Virus record (IMG/VR): IMGVR_UViG_3300043256_000348
Location: 1 to 64,000 of that record
Reading direction: 5' to 3' (one strand)
Source of the DNA: a virus
Length of the DNA stretch: 64,000 bases
Made by a program: the position numbers and the translations under genes. Of this stretch, positions 48,065 through 56,657 are shown piece after piece (position 1 is the stretch's first letter; every line of letters starts with the position of its first letter). A model generated the notes under the pieces. That model saw nothing but the letters and a program-made list of their open reading frames with translations. It was not told the DNA's origin and searched no databases.

Positions 48065-48243
48065 CGAACCAACGTGACAAACCGACAATTGGGCGGCCCA
48101 ATCCGTGGCCGGACGAAGACGTGATAACTCACGTTGACGGCGATGTGGGAGCGCCACTCCCGCCAGATTGCAAGCGGGAGTGGCCCGAGGCGTGCAAAAC
48201 CGACACCCCGGAGCGAGTGGTAGTAGAGGGGGTAAAGCCATGA
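48061..48243 (+). CDS. Small hypothetical protein
   Basis: ATGA-coupled both sides; ends EGVKP like upstream GGVKP. Confidence 0.45.
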   Translation: MTNQRDKPTIGRPNPWPDEDVITHVDGDVGAPLPPDCKREWPEACKTDTPERVVVEGVKP

Positions 48244-49154
48244 AGACAGATCGAGAAATTATCGAACTGCTTGAGTGGACGGGACACCTACAATACCCGT
48301 TTGGGAAATACGTAGGTACCATTACGGCAGATGACATTGGATTGCTTTCGTTAACCGATCCGGTCGTCAAGGAAGCAATTCGCAGCTACCAGGATCTCCT
48401 AGTTGTCAGTCTCGAACCACTCGCACTGCGTCATCACGGGCGGTCCGTGTGTTGCGACGGCGACTGCGGGATCGCGACCCGGGAGTTGTTTGAGCAACCC
48501 CGGTGTGGCTGTCCTGATTACGGCCCGCAGGTACAGCCGGCCGTCGGGACCGGCAGTTGGAAACGGTGCCACAGCATCGGCGACTTCCACGCGGCGACCG
48601 TGTACGTTCACGAATCCGGTATGGCGTCGTGGCTGAAGCCGAAGTTCGATGAGGTATGGAAGCTCACCGTGGCGGCCTACGAGGCGTTGGGCCTGCGGTG
48701 GATTCGGACCGACAACCGGAATGCCAACATCGACTTCTCGTTCGTGACCGGATCGCGAGGCTGGATCGGCCTGGCCATCGTCGGCTCCGGGCAATCCTGC
48801 GGTAGCCAAATTTGGTGCAAGTACCTGGCGAGCTGGCGGCCGTCAAACGTTGTGCGAGAATGGGCCATCCTGGTGATGCACGAGCTGGGCCACAATGCAG
48901 GCCTCTACCATACGCGCGGCGGGGTAATGAACGCAGGGATAATCTACGGCTTACCCGCTAGTTGGGCGGGGGATCCGGCCGAAAGCATTCTCAAGAGATA
49001 TTACGGCGGTCAACCGATCGAGCCGGAGCCGCCGGTACCTCCGCCTCCGCCTCCCCCGCCACCTGGCCCAGAAGACGAAGAGTACGGGAGCCTGAAGATG
49101 TTCAGGGAGGGTAAGTGGAAAGATTTTGATGTACTTGAACGGGCGAAAGTTTGA
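48240..49154 (+). CDS. Matrixin-like (M10) zinc metallopeptidase with cysteine-switch prodomain
   Basis: PRCGCPD (48498-48518); HELGHNAGLYH (48879-48911); Met-turn GVMN. Confidence 0.88.
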   Translation: MKTDREIIELLEWTGHLQYPFGKYVGTITADDIGLLSLTDPVVKEAIRSYQDLLVVSLEPLALRHHGRSVCCDGDCGIATRELFEQPRCGCPDYGPQVQPAVGTGSWKRCHSIGDFHAATVYVHESGMASWLKPKFDEVWKLTVAAYEALGLRWIRTDNRNANIDFSFVTGSRGWIGLAIVGSGQSCGSQIWCKYLASWRPSNVVREWAILVMHELGHNAGLYHTRGGVMNAGIIYGLPASWAGDPAESILKRYYGGQPIEPEPPVPPPPPPPPPGPEDEEYGSLKMFREGKWKDFDVLERAKV

Positions 49155-49165
49155 AAGGTGGATGA

Positions 49166-49366
49166 ATGAGCGAAGGTATATCGATGTCCGAAGGCCGCGA
49201 TGATACTAACTTGCATTCTCTTGTCTGTCCACACTGCAAACAGACGACTTCGATTCCGGAAGTGCAAGCATTTGAGAAACAGCAGCTAGTTTACGTGCGC
49301 TGCGGGCATTGTAATGCAGGTATCACCAAAGAGCAAATCGCCAATACCTACCGGGAGTACAAGTAA
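49166..49366 (+). CDS. Small zinc-ribbon protein
   Basis: CPHC...CGHC. Confidence 0.5.
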   Translation: MSEGISMSEGRDDTNLHSLVCPHCKQTTSIPEVQAFEKQQLVYVRCGHCNAGITKEQIANTYREYK

Positions 49367-49390
49367 CCTTTTTCCAAAAGGAGAGTCATT

Positions 49391-49966
49391 ATGTGGAGTC
49401 TAATTCTCACCGCGTTGTTGACGGCGACCCCAGCCCCCGTCGCCGACAGTCCAACCGTCTGGACCATCGCGGCGGACGGCTCGATGGTGGAGTTGTGGCC
49501 AGGGCCTGTAGAAGTCGTACCGGAAGAGGAAGAGGCGGACAAGAAGGTGAAGGAATCACCTCAGCAGCAGGACATCCGGGTAGTGGCCTTCACGGCGACA
49601 TGGTGTGCCGCCTGCTCCGAAGTGAAGTCGATCGTGCGGGAGATGCAGGAGCGCAGCTACCCTATCGAACTGGCCGACGCGGACGAGCCGAAGAACAGGG
49701 CAACGTTGCGGAAGTACCGGATCGAACAGCTACCGGCGTACATCATCTATTACAGGGACAAGCCGGTGGAGTATTGCGAGGGACCGCGGTCGCGGGCGGC
49801 CCTGGTCGATTGGATCAGTGACGAGCAGATCAAGCGGGCCAAGAGTGGGCCGTTGACCAACCCTGAAGACGCGCGGTTCTTCCGCGAGAAACATTGGGTG
49901 TTGTCGCGGGGGACGTGCGGCATGTTGGGTTGTTCGATTCACGGCGGAGGCTGGGTGCTGCGGTGA
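49391..49966 (+). CDS. Secreted thioredoxin-family protein
   Basis: Signal peptide; AFTATWCAAC; IEQLPAY cis-Pro loop. Confidence 0.8.
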   Translation: MWSLILTALLTATPAPVADSPTVWTIAADGSMVELWPGPVEVVPEEEEADKKVKESPQQQDIRVVAFTATWCAACSEVKSIVREMQERSYPIELADADEPKNRATLRKYRIEQLPAYIIYYRDKPVEYCEGPRSRAALVDWISDEQIKRAKSGPLTNPEDARFFREKHWVLSRGTCGMLGCSIHGGGWVLR

Positions 49967-50226
49967 CACCGAAGCAGGCTGCACATATCGCCGCGGCGAT
50001 GCTGGAGTGCCAACCCAAGGAGTTGTCCGAGGGACTGATTGCCCACCTTGAAACGCTCGACCGCTTGATGCGGAAGAGTTGCAGGCCAAACGGTCTAGAA
50101 AGCGTGGATCTCATCGCCGAAGCGGTGATCCAGGATCAACTGGGCCTGGCTGCGGTCGTGACGGACATCAACGACCGGCTAATGGAATTGGAAACACAGA
50201 TCAGAGATTTACGGGAGAAGGGATGA
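49963..50226 (+). CDS. Hypothetical coiled-coil protein
   Basis: GTGA-coupled ORF. Confidence 0.5.
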   Translation: MTPKQAAHIAAAMLECQPKELSEGLIAHLETLDRLMRKSCRPNGLESVDLIAEAVIQDQLGLAAVVTDINDRLMELETQIRDLREKG

Positions 50227-50843
50227 TTTGGCTCTACGGAATCCTGATCGTATTGGCAGTCCTGTATGTCGTCGGTGCCGTGATCCTTTTCGCGGTGATG
50301 GTCCGCCAGCATTGGCACGGCACCGGACGGGAAGCGGTGTTCATCTCGTTGAGGATGGCCTTGCGGTGGCCAGCCTATATGTGGTTTGCATTAAACCTTA
50401 TGGGCATCCTGAAGGATTCGTACTTCGTGTTGCTGCTACCGTTCGCAGCGATGACCGCCGTACTGGCAGCAATGGGCCGGCCGTGGTGGTGCGGCTGTGG
50501 AGGCTGGGAGCTGTACATCGTTAGCTCGCCCCACTATAGTCAGCACCTCTTCGATTCCTGGTCGTTCAGTCACTTCGCCCAGGGCGGAGCCTATTACGCG
50601 GCTGTCCGCGGTTTTACGCTACAGCGTTCCCGCCTCTTCGCCTTGGTGGGTTCGCTAGTGCCGGGCATCGTCTGGGAATTTGCCGAGAACAGCCGTTGGA
50701 TCATTGGGGCATACCGCGACAGTGGTGCCCGCTGGTACGACGGCGACACGATCGCAAACGCCAACGGCGATCTGCTGTCCTGCCTCCTCGGCGCGCTGGT
50801 GATGTGCCTGATCCTGAAGACTGCAAAGGGGAGCCGGGCATGA
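50223..50843 (+). CDS. DUF2585 (UPF0314)-like membrane protein with extra N-terminal TM segment
   Basis: SQHLFDSWSFSH, WEFAENS, YDGDTIANANGDLL. Confidence 0.7.
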   Translation: MIWLYGILIVLAVLYVVGAVILFAVMVRQHWHGTGREAVFISLRMALRWPAYMWFALNLMGILKDSYFVLLLPFAAMTAVLAAMGRPWWCGCGGWELYIVSSPHYSQHLFDSWSFSHFAQGGAYYAAVRGFTLQRSRLFALVGSLVPGIVWEFAENSRWIIGAYRDSGARWYDGDTIANANGDLLSCLLGALVMCLILKTAKGSRA

Positions 50844-51109
50844 AGAAACTCGGCCGATACGTGGTCAACGTCCTAATCAGCTTAGATCAGTTAGCCAATT
50901 CCATACTGCTCGGGGACCCCGACGAAACGATCTCCTCTCGCCTCGGCAGGATCAAGGTCAAGTGGGGTGGCGAGATTCCCTGGACCCGTCCAGTATCACG
51001 AGTTACAGACCGGCTGCTTGATTGGATTGACCCTAATCACAGCAGGGATAGTATTGAGCATAACGAAGGAAATAACGGCCTGGTCGATAGGCCGCATAAA
51101 CCATTCTAG
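50840..51109 (+). CDS. Conserved hypothetical phage protein
   Basis: LISLDQLAN..L.GDPDETISSR motif. Confidence 0.7.
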   Translation: MKKLGRYVVNVLISLDQLANSILLGDPDETISSRLGRIKVKWGGEIPWTRPVSRVTDRLLDWIDPNHSRDSIEHNEGNNGLVDRPHKPF

Positions 51110-51120
51110 AGGAAAACGAC

Positions 51121-51525
51121 GTGAACGACATTCCGAAAATGCATGCCGTTCCAAACACCACCATCGGCGTCGGCGGTCCGGCCACGAACAGCCGGCCCAT
51201 CCTGGTCGGTTGCGTGCGACAGGAGCATCACGGAGAGAGGCATTGCGAAAAGGGCCTGCTATCGACCTACTCCGTACTGTATGCCGATGGCCTGTTTTTG
51301 ACGCACCCGATGTTGACGGCGGGGTGGAAGACCAAACACGAGGCGGCGAGGGGCCAAACGAACGACATTGGTCGCGGTGCGGTCGAGGTCGATGATGAAT
51401 CGGTCTTGCTCGCGTTGGCGAAGATATACCAGTCAACGCTGAAGCGAGTTGAAGATGGTTGTTTTGAGGGTGCTGTACATGGGCACCTGGATCTTCATAG
51501 TCACGAGACACTTAACAAGGAGTAA
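51121..51525 (+). CDS. Hypothetical protein
   Basis: RBS GAGG; 134 aa. Confidence 0.5.
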   Translation: MNDIPKMHAVPNTTIGVGGPATNSRPILVGCVRQEHHGERHCEKGLLSTYSVLYADGLFLTHPMLTAGWKTKHEAARGQTNDIGRGAVEVDDESVLLALAKIYQSTLKRVEDGCFEGAVHGHLDLHSHETLNKE

Positions 51526-51528
51526 ACC

Positions 51529-51795
51529 ATGAACGCTTTACTATTCGCCGTCCTGCTGGGCGGCATCCCCGGATGTGAGAGCTGCACCACGTCCGTCAGC
51601 GAGACCGAGGCCCTGGAGGCCCGCGTGTCGTGCCAGGTTACGGTAGGCCATTCGCACAGTACGGTCGTGGCCCACGCGCCTGCGCTGGTCTATCGTCCGC
51701 TGTTCCGGCGTCCGCTGTATCATTTCCAACATCGTCGGTTCGCCCCGCTGCGAAGGCTGTGGCTGGCTCGGCCGGGGCTGGTTTTCAGGCGATGA
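51529..51795 (+). CDS. Small secreted Arg-rich protein
   Basis: RBS AAGGAG; hydrophobic N-terminus; RPLFRRPL/APLRRL. Confidence 0.55.
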   Translation: MNALLFAVLLGGIPGCESCTTSVSETEALEARVSCQVTVGHSHSTVVAHAPALVYRPLFRRPLYHFQHRRFAPLRRLWLARPGLVFRR

Positions 51796-51957
51796 TGACG
51801 AATGAAATACCTATGTGCTTTTGCCCTTAGCTTGCTTTCCATTGGGTATATCGGATTCTTGGCTGGCCAGTTGGTTGCTGACCATCAGGCCGATCAGCGA
51901 GCTAAGGAATTTTGGCAAAGGCCCGCCACAGAGGTCGCGGAAGAATAGCCGACCGAT

Positions 51958-52161
51958 ATGACTGAAAAAATCTACAGCCCGATTGAAGTTGCCGAACTGC
52001 TCGACGTCGGGGAGGTCACGGTTTGGCGATGGTGCCGTCGCCGTGGGCTCGGCCGGAAGGTACGCGGCCGCTGGGAGATCACGGCCGGCGAGCTGCGGAT
52101 ATTCCGGAAGAACCTGCCGAAACCGGGGAGGCCACCGGGGAAAACCGGAGGAAATCCCTAG
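51958..52161 (+). CDS. Excisionase-like HTH DNA-binding protein
   Basis: YSPIEVAELLDV...TVWRWCR...GRWEI; AT-hook-like KPGRPP. Confidence 0.8.
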   Translation: MTEKIYSPIEVAELLDVGEVTVWRWCRRRGLGRKVRGRWEITAGELRIFRKNLPKPGRPPGKTGGNP

Positions 52162-52245
52162 TGGACTGAGGCGAAATGTCATAACTGTAGGCCATGTAAA
52201 CACTTAGGTACAGGAGGAAATTTCCGGAAATCCGCCCGATTGCTA

Positions 52246-52274
52246 TTGTAAATCTGTCCGCTCCAGTGTACACT
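52246..52274 (+). promoter_or_regulatory. Sigma70-type promoter TTGTAA-17-TACACT
   Basis: Direct reading; preceded by CTA as in other promoters of the window. Confidence 0.55.
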
Positions 52275-52328
52275 ATAGGCTGAATCCTGGAGCGGGACGA
52301 TGCGACCCACAAACCCAACCCGAACTCG

Positions 52329-52385
52329 ACGAAGCCCCGGCGGCCGGTCCCGCTCCAGCAGGATACCGGTTGTCGGGGTTTTCGT
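52329..52385 (+). terminator. Long hairpin / attenuator in the leader of the early operon
   Basis: ACGAAGCCCCGGCGGCCGG pairs with CCGGTTGTCGGGGTTTTCGT (G-U pairs). Confidence 0.5.
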
Positions 52386-52404
52386 TGGCTGAAGGGAAAA
52401 GGAA

Positions 52405-52695
52405 ATGACAAGCCAAACCCAAATGCGAAAAACGGAGAATGGAAAGATGAAAGCTGTAATCGAATCACGCTTGATGGATTTCTACGGGCAATTGCCAGCT
52501 ACAAAACGCCAACCCTACGGCCGCATCATTAACGCCTACCGTGCTGGTCGTGTGGCCGAGGCCGTAGATGCCGCCCGATGTTGGTGGGACGAAGTTCGGC
52601 AGCAGTTCAAAGTTAAGGGAAACGATTTCTGGGCATCGGACTTCGGAGCTGCTGGATGCTTGTTGAATATCCTAACTGGAATTTCAATCAATTGA
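52405..52695 (+). CDS. Hypothetical protein
   Basis: First ORF after leader; RBS AAGGA. Confidence 0.5.
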   Translation: MTSQTQMRKTENGKMKAVIESRLMDFYGQLPATKRQPYGRIINAYRAGRVAEAVDAARCWWDEVRQQFKVKGNDFWASDFGAAGCLLNILTGISIN

Positions 52696-52709
52696 ATCAA
52701 GAGAAATCC

Positions 52710-52928
52710 ATGAGTGATCAAAATACAGAAAGACGCGGTCATTTGATTGCAACATCTATATGGAATTTTCTGGAAAGGCAGAAGTCGGTCAAGCTGGTCC
52801 CTTGGGTAGCCGAGTTAACGTCTCCACGGTATGACCCTGAGAAAGTTGCTCATATGGCTGGATACAAGCAAGCCCTCGAAGACATCAGGCAGATTGTAAT
52901 CGAGGAAACCGAACGACTGAAAACCTAA
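52710..52928 (+). CDS. Hypothetical protein (low GC)
   Basis: 72 aa ORF. Confidence 0.45.
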   Translation: MSDQNTERRGHLIATSIWNFLERQKSVKLVPWVAELTSPRYDPEKVAHMAGYKQALEDIRQIVIEETERLKT

Positions 52929-52943
52929 TTGGAGAAGGATACC

Positions 52944-53228
52944 ATGGCGGACGCGACCCACCGCCGAAACACTGAGGCCCCGGACGCCGCGCCCATCGGG
53001 TCGCACTGCGGGCAGGCGTTCGGGGTCGTTTTTGCGGAGGGCGTGATGGATCCAACGACACTGGCACGGCTGCTCGATCGGTACGGGCAGCAACTCAGCG
53101 GAATCCTGACGGTGCAGGCCGGCTTCGTCGACCTGCTTGACGAGCAGCGGGCCGAACTGGAGCGGCTCCGCGAGCGAGTCCGCAAGCTAGAAAGGTGGGT
53201 AGCCGATGGCGCTAGCAGTAATGACTAG
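52944..53228 (+). CDS. Hypothetical coiled-coil protein
   Basis: RBS GGAG/AAGGA. Confidence 0.5.
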   Translation: MADATHRRNTEAPDAAPIGSHCGQAFGVVFAEGVMDPTTLARLLDRYGQQLSGILTVQAGFVDLLDEQRAELERLRERVRKLERWVADGASSND

Positions 53229-53700
53229 CCGACAGGTCCGCAACGGGCAGTTGCGGGCGATGGGCATCCCGGCCGACGCAAGCTACCACCGGCACGTTGG
53301 TCCGGGCGACGAGGTCGCGGTGTCCCAGGTACAGGAGCAGCCGTTCCGGGCCGAGCGGTTCCTGGCCCGGGTCACGAGCGTGGCCGAGCACGGCCACTAC
53401 ACGGTCGTCAGATACGATCGGTGCGAGGGCGACGGCACGGGCGTGGCCCGGCTGTTCGATTCTGGCCCGCCGGACTGGGGCGTGATCGAGTTCCGCGTGG
53501 TACGCAAGGTTCACCGCCCGCCCTCGTCCCGGCAGGAGCGTGGCGGCGGGATGCTGGCGTCGCCGGAGAACCCCTTGGTGCGGCTGCGCCGGCCGGAGCT
53601 GTGCCCGGCGTGCGGTGGGCTCTGCGGCTGGCGGCCGAAGCTCGGCTGGCCGTGCCTTGCCTGCCGGACGGACAACTCAGACGCCGAAGATGTTGAGTGA
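53221..53700 (+). CDS. Hypothetical protein with C-terminal zinc ribbon
   Basis: CPACG...CLAC. Confidence 0.5.
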   Translation: MTSRQVRNGQLRAMGIPADASYHRHVGPGDEVAVSQVQEQPFRAERFLARVTSVAEHGHYTVVRYDRCEGDGTGVARLFDSGPPDWGVIEFRVVRKVHRPPSSRQERGGGMLASPENPLVRLRRPELCPACGGLCGWRPKLGWPCLACRTDNSDAEDVE

Positions 53701-53751
53701 GTGAGGGGCAAACCAGCCTGGGCGACCGGGCGTAGGAAAAGGGGGAAAGCG

Positions 53752-53940
53752 ATGCACATTCATTTTGATCATTTCGACTGTCGGTCTTCCGTTACCACGA
53801 TTCCTGTAGATCAAGAGATCCGCCTGAATGTAGAGGGCGACAGCATTATTGGTATTTCAATGAGCGTTGAGGAGGCACAGGAATTAACGGTTGCTTTACA
53901 AGGGGCAATCGAAGAAGGTGTAAAGTGGAAAACGACTTGA
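53752..53940 (+). CDS. Small hypothetical protein
   Basis: RBS GGGGG; ISMSVEEAQELT. Confidence 0.45.
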   Translation: MHIHFDHFDCRSSVTTIPVDQEIRLNVEGDSIIGISMSVEEAQELTVALQGAIEEGVKWKTT

Positions 53941-53969
53941 ATCGCCGGCGACGGCGGGGAGGTGAGAGG

Positions 53970-54167
53970 ATGAGCCTGCAAGGCATTAAACAATTTGCCA
54001 ACCTACTACGTACCATGCAGACCGTGCGTAATGAATTGCTACGAATGGGATGCGCCGAGAAACGAACGGACAAGCAGGATATTCGGCTTGCCCGCCTGGT
54101 GTCCGACGCTGACGAATGCGTCAAGGGGCGATTTACAGCCGAAACGCTCAAAATCGAACACGACTAA
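53970..54167 (+). CDS. Small hypothetical protein
   Basis: RBS GGAGGTGA. Confidence 0.45.
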   Translation: MSLQGIKQFANLLRTMQTVRNELLRMGCAEKRTDKQDIRLARLVSDADECVKGRFTAETLKIEHD

Positions 54168-54198
54168 CCCCAGCCAGCCCAACGGGCAGGAGGATAAG

Positions 54199-54450
54199 GT
54201 GAGTGAGCATATGAGCGCGTACGTCGCAGCTACGCACTGCGAGACACACGCCCAGGCAGCCCGAGAGGGTCGCTATCTACAGAATGGCTGTATCATCTGC
54301 GAGGCAGCCAAACTGGAGCAGAGCCATGCCGACCTGCTGGCCGCGTGCGAGGCAACCCTCGCCTGCGTGGGGCCACGCTTCGACACTTACCGACAACTCA
54401 CTGCCGCCATCGCCAAAGCCAAGAAACCGGAGGGCAAAGATGCTGATTGA
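54199..54450 (+). CDS. Small hypothetical phage protein
   Basis: DLLAACE...AAIAKA motif common in phage small proteins. Confidence 0.55.
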   Translation: MSEHMSAYVAATHCETHAQAAREGRYLQNGCIICEAAKLEQSHADLLAACEATLACVGPRFDTYRQLTAAIAKAKKPEGKDAD

Positions 54451-55999
54451 GCAACTCAAACACGCACGCCGGGTGAGCGTGCCGCTCGTGGCGGTGCAGA
54501 CGCCAGACCCGGCCGCGACGATGCGAGTGATCGCGTCGGGACTGAACGGCAAGCCAGCACCTGTGGTGGCCTGGGACATCGTCCGGGGCTGCTGGCCGGT
54601 CAACGAGGCAGGCCAAGAGGTCGCGGCCCTCACAGGAAGCGGCGATGACGACCAGACCATCAGGCAGCCGGTGGCTTACCTGGAGTACGCGGTCAAGTTC
54701 CCGCCACGCACGATAGCATTCGCGTGCAACGCGCAAGAGTATATGGACGACCCCGCGTTCCGGCAAGGGATTTGGAACCTCCGGGACGAGTTCAAGCGGG
54801 ACCGGCGGATGCTGATCCTGCTGGCCCCGTCGATCGACCTGCCCGCGTCACTGAAGGACGACGTGGTGATGCTCGACGAATCCCTGCCGGACGGCGAGGT
54901 GCTACAGAAGATCGTCTGCGAGCAAGACGCGGCTGCCAATGCCTGCCAGGCGTGTGGCGGGGGCGGCACCGATGCCGGACTGGAGTGCGAGGACTGCCAC
55001 GGGAGCGGCCAGAGCAATCGGAAGTCCGCCGACGAAGAGACTGTCGACCAGGCGGTGGCAGCGACGCAGGGGCTCTCGGCCTTCGCCGCCGAGCAGGCCG
55101 TGGCGATGTCGCTGCGTCCCGAGGGGATCGACCTGGACCACCTCTGGGAGTCGAAGCGGCGGCAGATCGAGCAGACGCCGGGGCTGTCGGTCTGGCGGGG
55201 CGGTGAGACATTCGCCAGTGTCGGCGGGTTGGCTCATATCAAGGAATTCATCGGGCGGGTGCTGACCGGCAAGCGGAAGCCTACTGCTATCGTGATCGTC
55301 GATGAGTTGGAAAAAATGATTGCCGGAGCCGAAGGGCAAATGAGCGATTCGTCCGGCGTATCGCAAGGTATCTTGCAGGCGTTACTGACGCACATGCAAG
55401 ATCACGAATCCCGCGGGCTGATTTTAGTAGGCCCCCCAGGTACAGGGAAGAGTCTTGTCGCAAAGGCCACCGGCGGAGAAGCGGGCATACCGACGATTTC
55501 CTGGGATAGCAACGCGATGAAAGGATCGCTAGTCGGAGAATCGGAGGGGAATGTTCGGACAGGTCTGAAGGTTATCTCTGCGGTCAGTGGCGACCATACG
55601 TTATGGGTTGCAACGTGCAACTCAGTTCGCGGAATCCCAACGGCACTGCGTCGCAGGTTTTCATATGGGACTTACTACGTCGATCTTCCGGATAGCACAG
55701 AGAAGACTGCTATCTGGAAATACTACCTTGCCGACTACGGAATCAAGTCACGCAAGTGTCCCGATGATGCGGGCTGGACGGGTGCGGAAATCAAAACGTG
55801 CTGTGAACTTTCGGATGATCTAGGCTGTACATTAAAAGAGGCGGCTGGCTACTTCGTCCCCGTGGCGAAGGCCATGCCGGACGAGATCGAGAAGCTACAG
55901 GCAGAGGCGGACGGCAAGTACATGTCGGCCAGCCACCCGTCGGTGTATCGCCGCGACGTTCGCGACGACGGTGGGCGGGGCCGGAAAATCCAGGTATAA
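54440..55999 (+). CDS. Ycf46-like AAA+ ATPase with swapped Walker A/B segments and DnaJ-type Zn-finger insertion
   Basis: FASVGGL; IVIVDELEK (55289) before GPPGTGKS (55430); SLVGESE; VATCN; RRRF; GWTGAEIK. Confidence 0.88.
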   Translation: MLIEQLKHARRVSVPLVAVQTPDPAATMRVIASGLNGKPAPVVAWDIVRGCWPVNEAGQEVAALTGSGDDDQTIRQPVAYLEYAVKFPPRTIAFACNAQEYMDDPAFRQGIWNLRDEFKRDRRMLILLAPSIDLPASLKDDVVMLDESLPDGEVLQKIVCEQDAAANACQACGGGGTDAGLECEDCHGSGQSNRKSADEETVDQAVAATQGLSAFAAEQAVAMSLRPEGIDLDHLWESKRRQIEQTPGLSVWRGGETFASVGGLAHIKEFIGRVLTGKRKPTAIVIVDELEKMIAGAEGQMSDSSGVSQGILQALLTHMQDHESRGLILVGPPGTGKSLVAKATGGEAGIPTISWDSNAMKGSLVGESEGNVRTGLKVISAVSGDHTLWVATCNSVRGIPTALRRRFSYGTYYVDLPDSTEKTAIWKYYLADYGIKSRKCPDDAGWTGAEIKTCCELSDDLGCTLKEAAGYFVPVAKAMPDEIEKLQAEADGKYMSASHPSVYRRDVRDDGGRGRKIQV

Positions 56000-56014
56000 T
56001 GAAAGGGATCATCA

Positions 56015-56296
56015 ATGGTCGTCTGGAAGTTTGTAATTCCCATGCGCGATGTATTGTCTATTCCGATGCCAATCGGTGCGGTAATCCTGCACGTAGACTG
56101 CCAGGGAGTGAAGCCGCTGCTTTGGGCACTTGTTGATCCAGAGTCGCCTGATGAACGTCGCGACTTTTGTTTCGTGAGAACGGGGCATCCTATCGAACCT
56201 CCCTCGCCGGGGCGGCAACTGGTGCATAGGGGCAGCATGCTGATGAGTCAAGGAGCATTGGTTTGCCACTTGTTTGAATATGCGAAAAGAGACTGA
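56015..56296 (+). CDS. Conserved small phage protein
   Basis: VWKF...MPIGAVILHV..Q...LWALVDP...TGH; GGTATAAT at 55993-56000 upstream. Confidence 0.65.
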   Translation: MVVWKFVIPMRDVLSIPMPIGAVILHVDCQGVKPLLWALVDPESPDERRDFCFVRTGHPIEPPSPGRQLVHRGSMLMSQGALVCHLFEYAKRD

Positions 56297-56657
56297 ACCG
56301 ACAAGGCATGCGGATGCCGTTTAACACTTCCTGAAACCGCGTTATAATGGAGGGTGCTATGCGACTCACACTAGACATCCTCGTGCTGGCGACGGCGACG
56401 CTCGTAGCGACGCTGACGTTGCTGGCCGGACTGCACTAACCAGGGGCCGCTGTGGCCCCGCAAACCGGAGGGCAAAGGATGAGCGCGTATACTGCAATTT
56501 TCTGTTTAATTGGTGCCACCTTATCTGTGGGGTATGGCGTTGCCGGAATTCTCGCATTAGCCAGGGCAAAATACGACAAGGCCGCTGCTTTCCTCGCCGC
56601 GGCTTGCTTATTCGAGATCATAGTAAGTCGATGGCTTTGAAAGGAGGGCAATCGACG

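Noticed and set aside
47722-49070. CCGCCTCCGCCTCC repeats at about 47740 and 49040 as DNA repeat elements
   Set aside because: They simply encode poly-proline linkers
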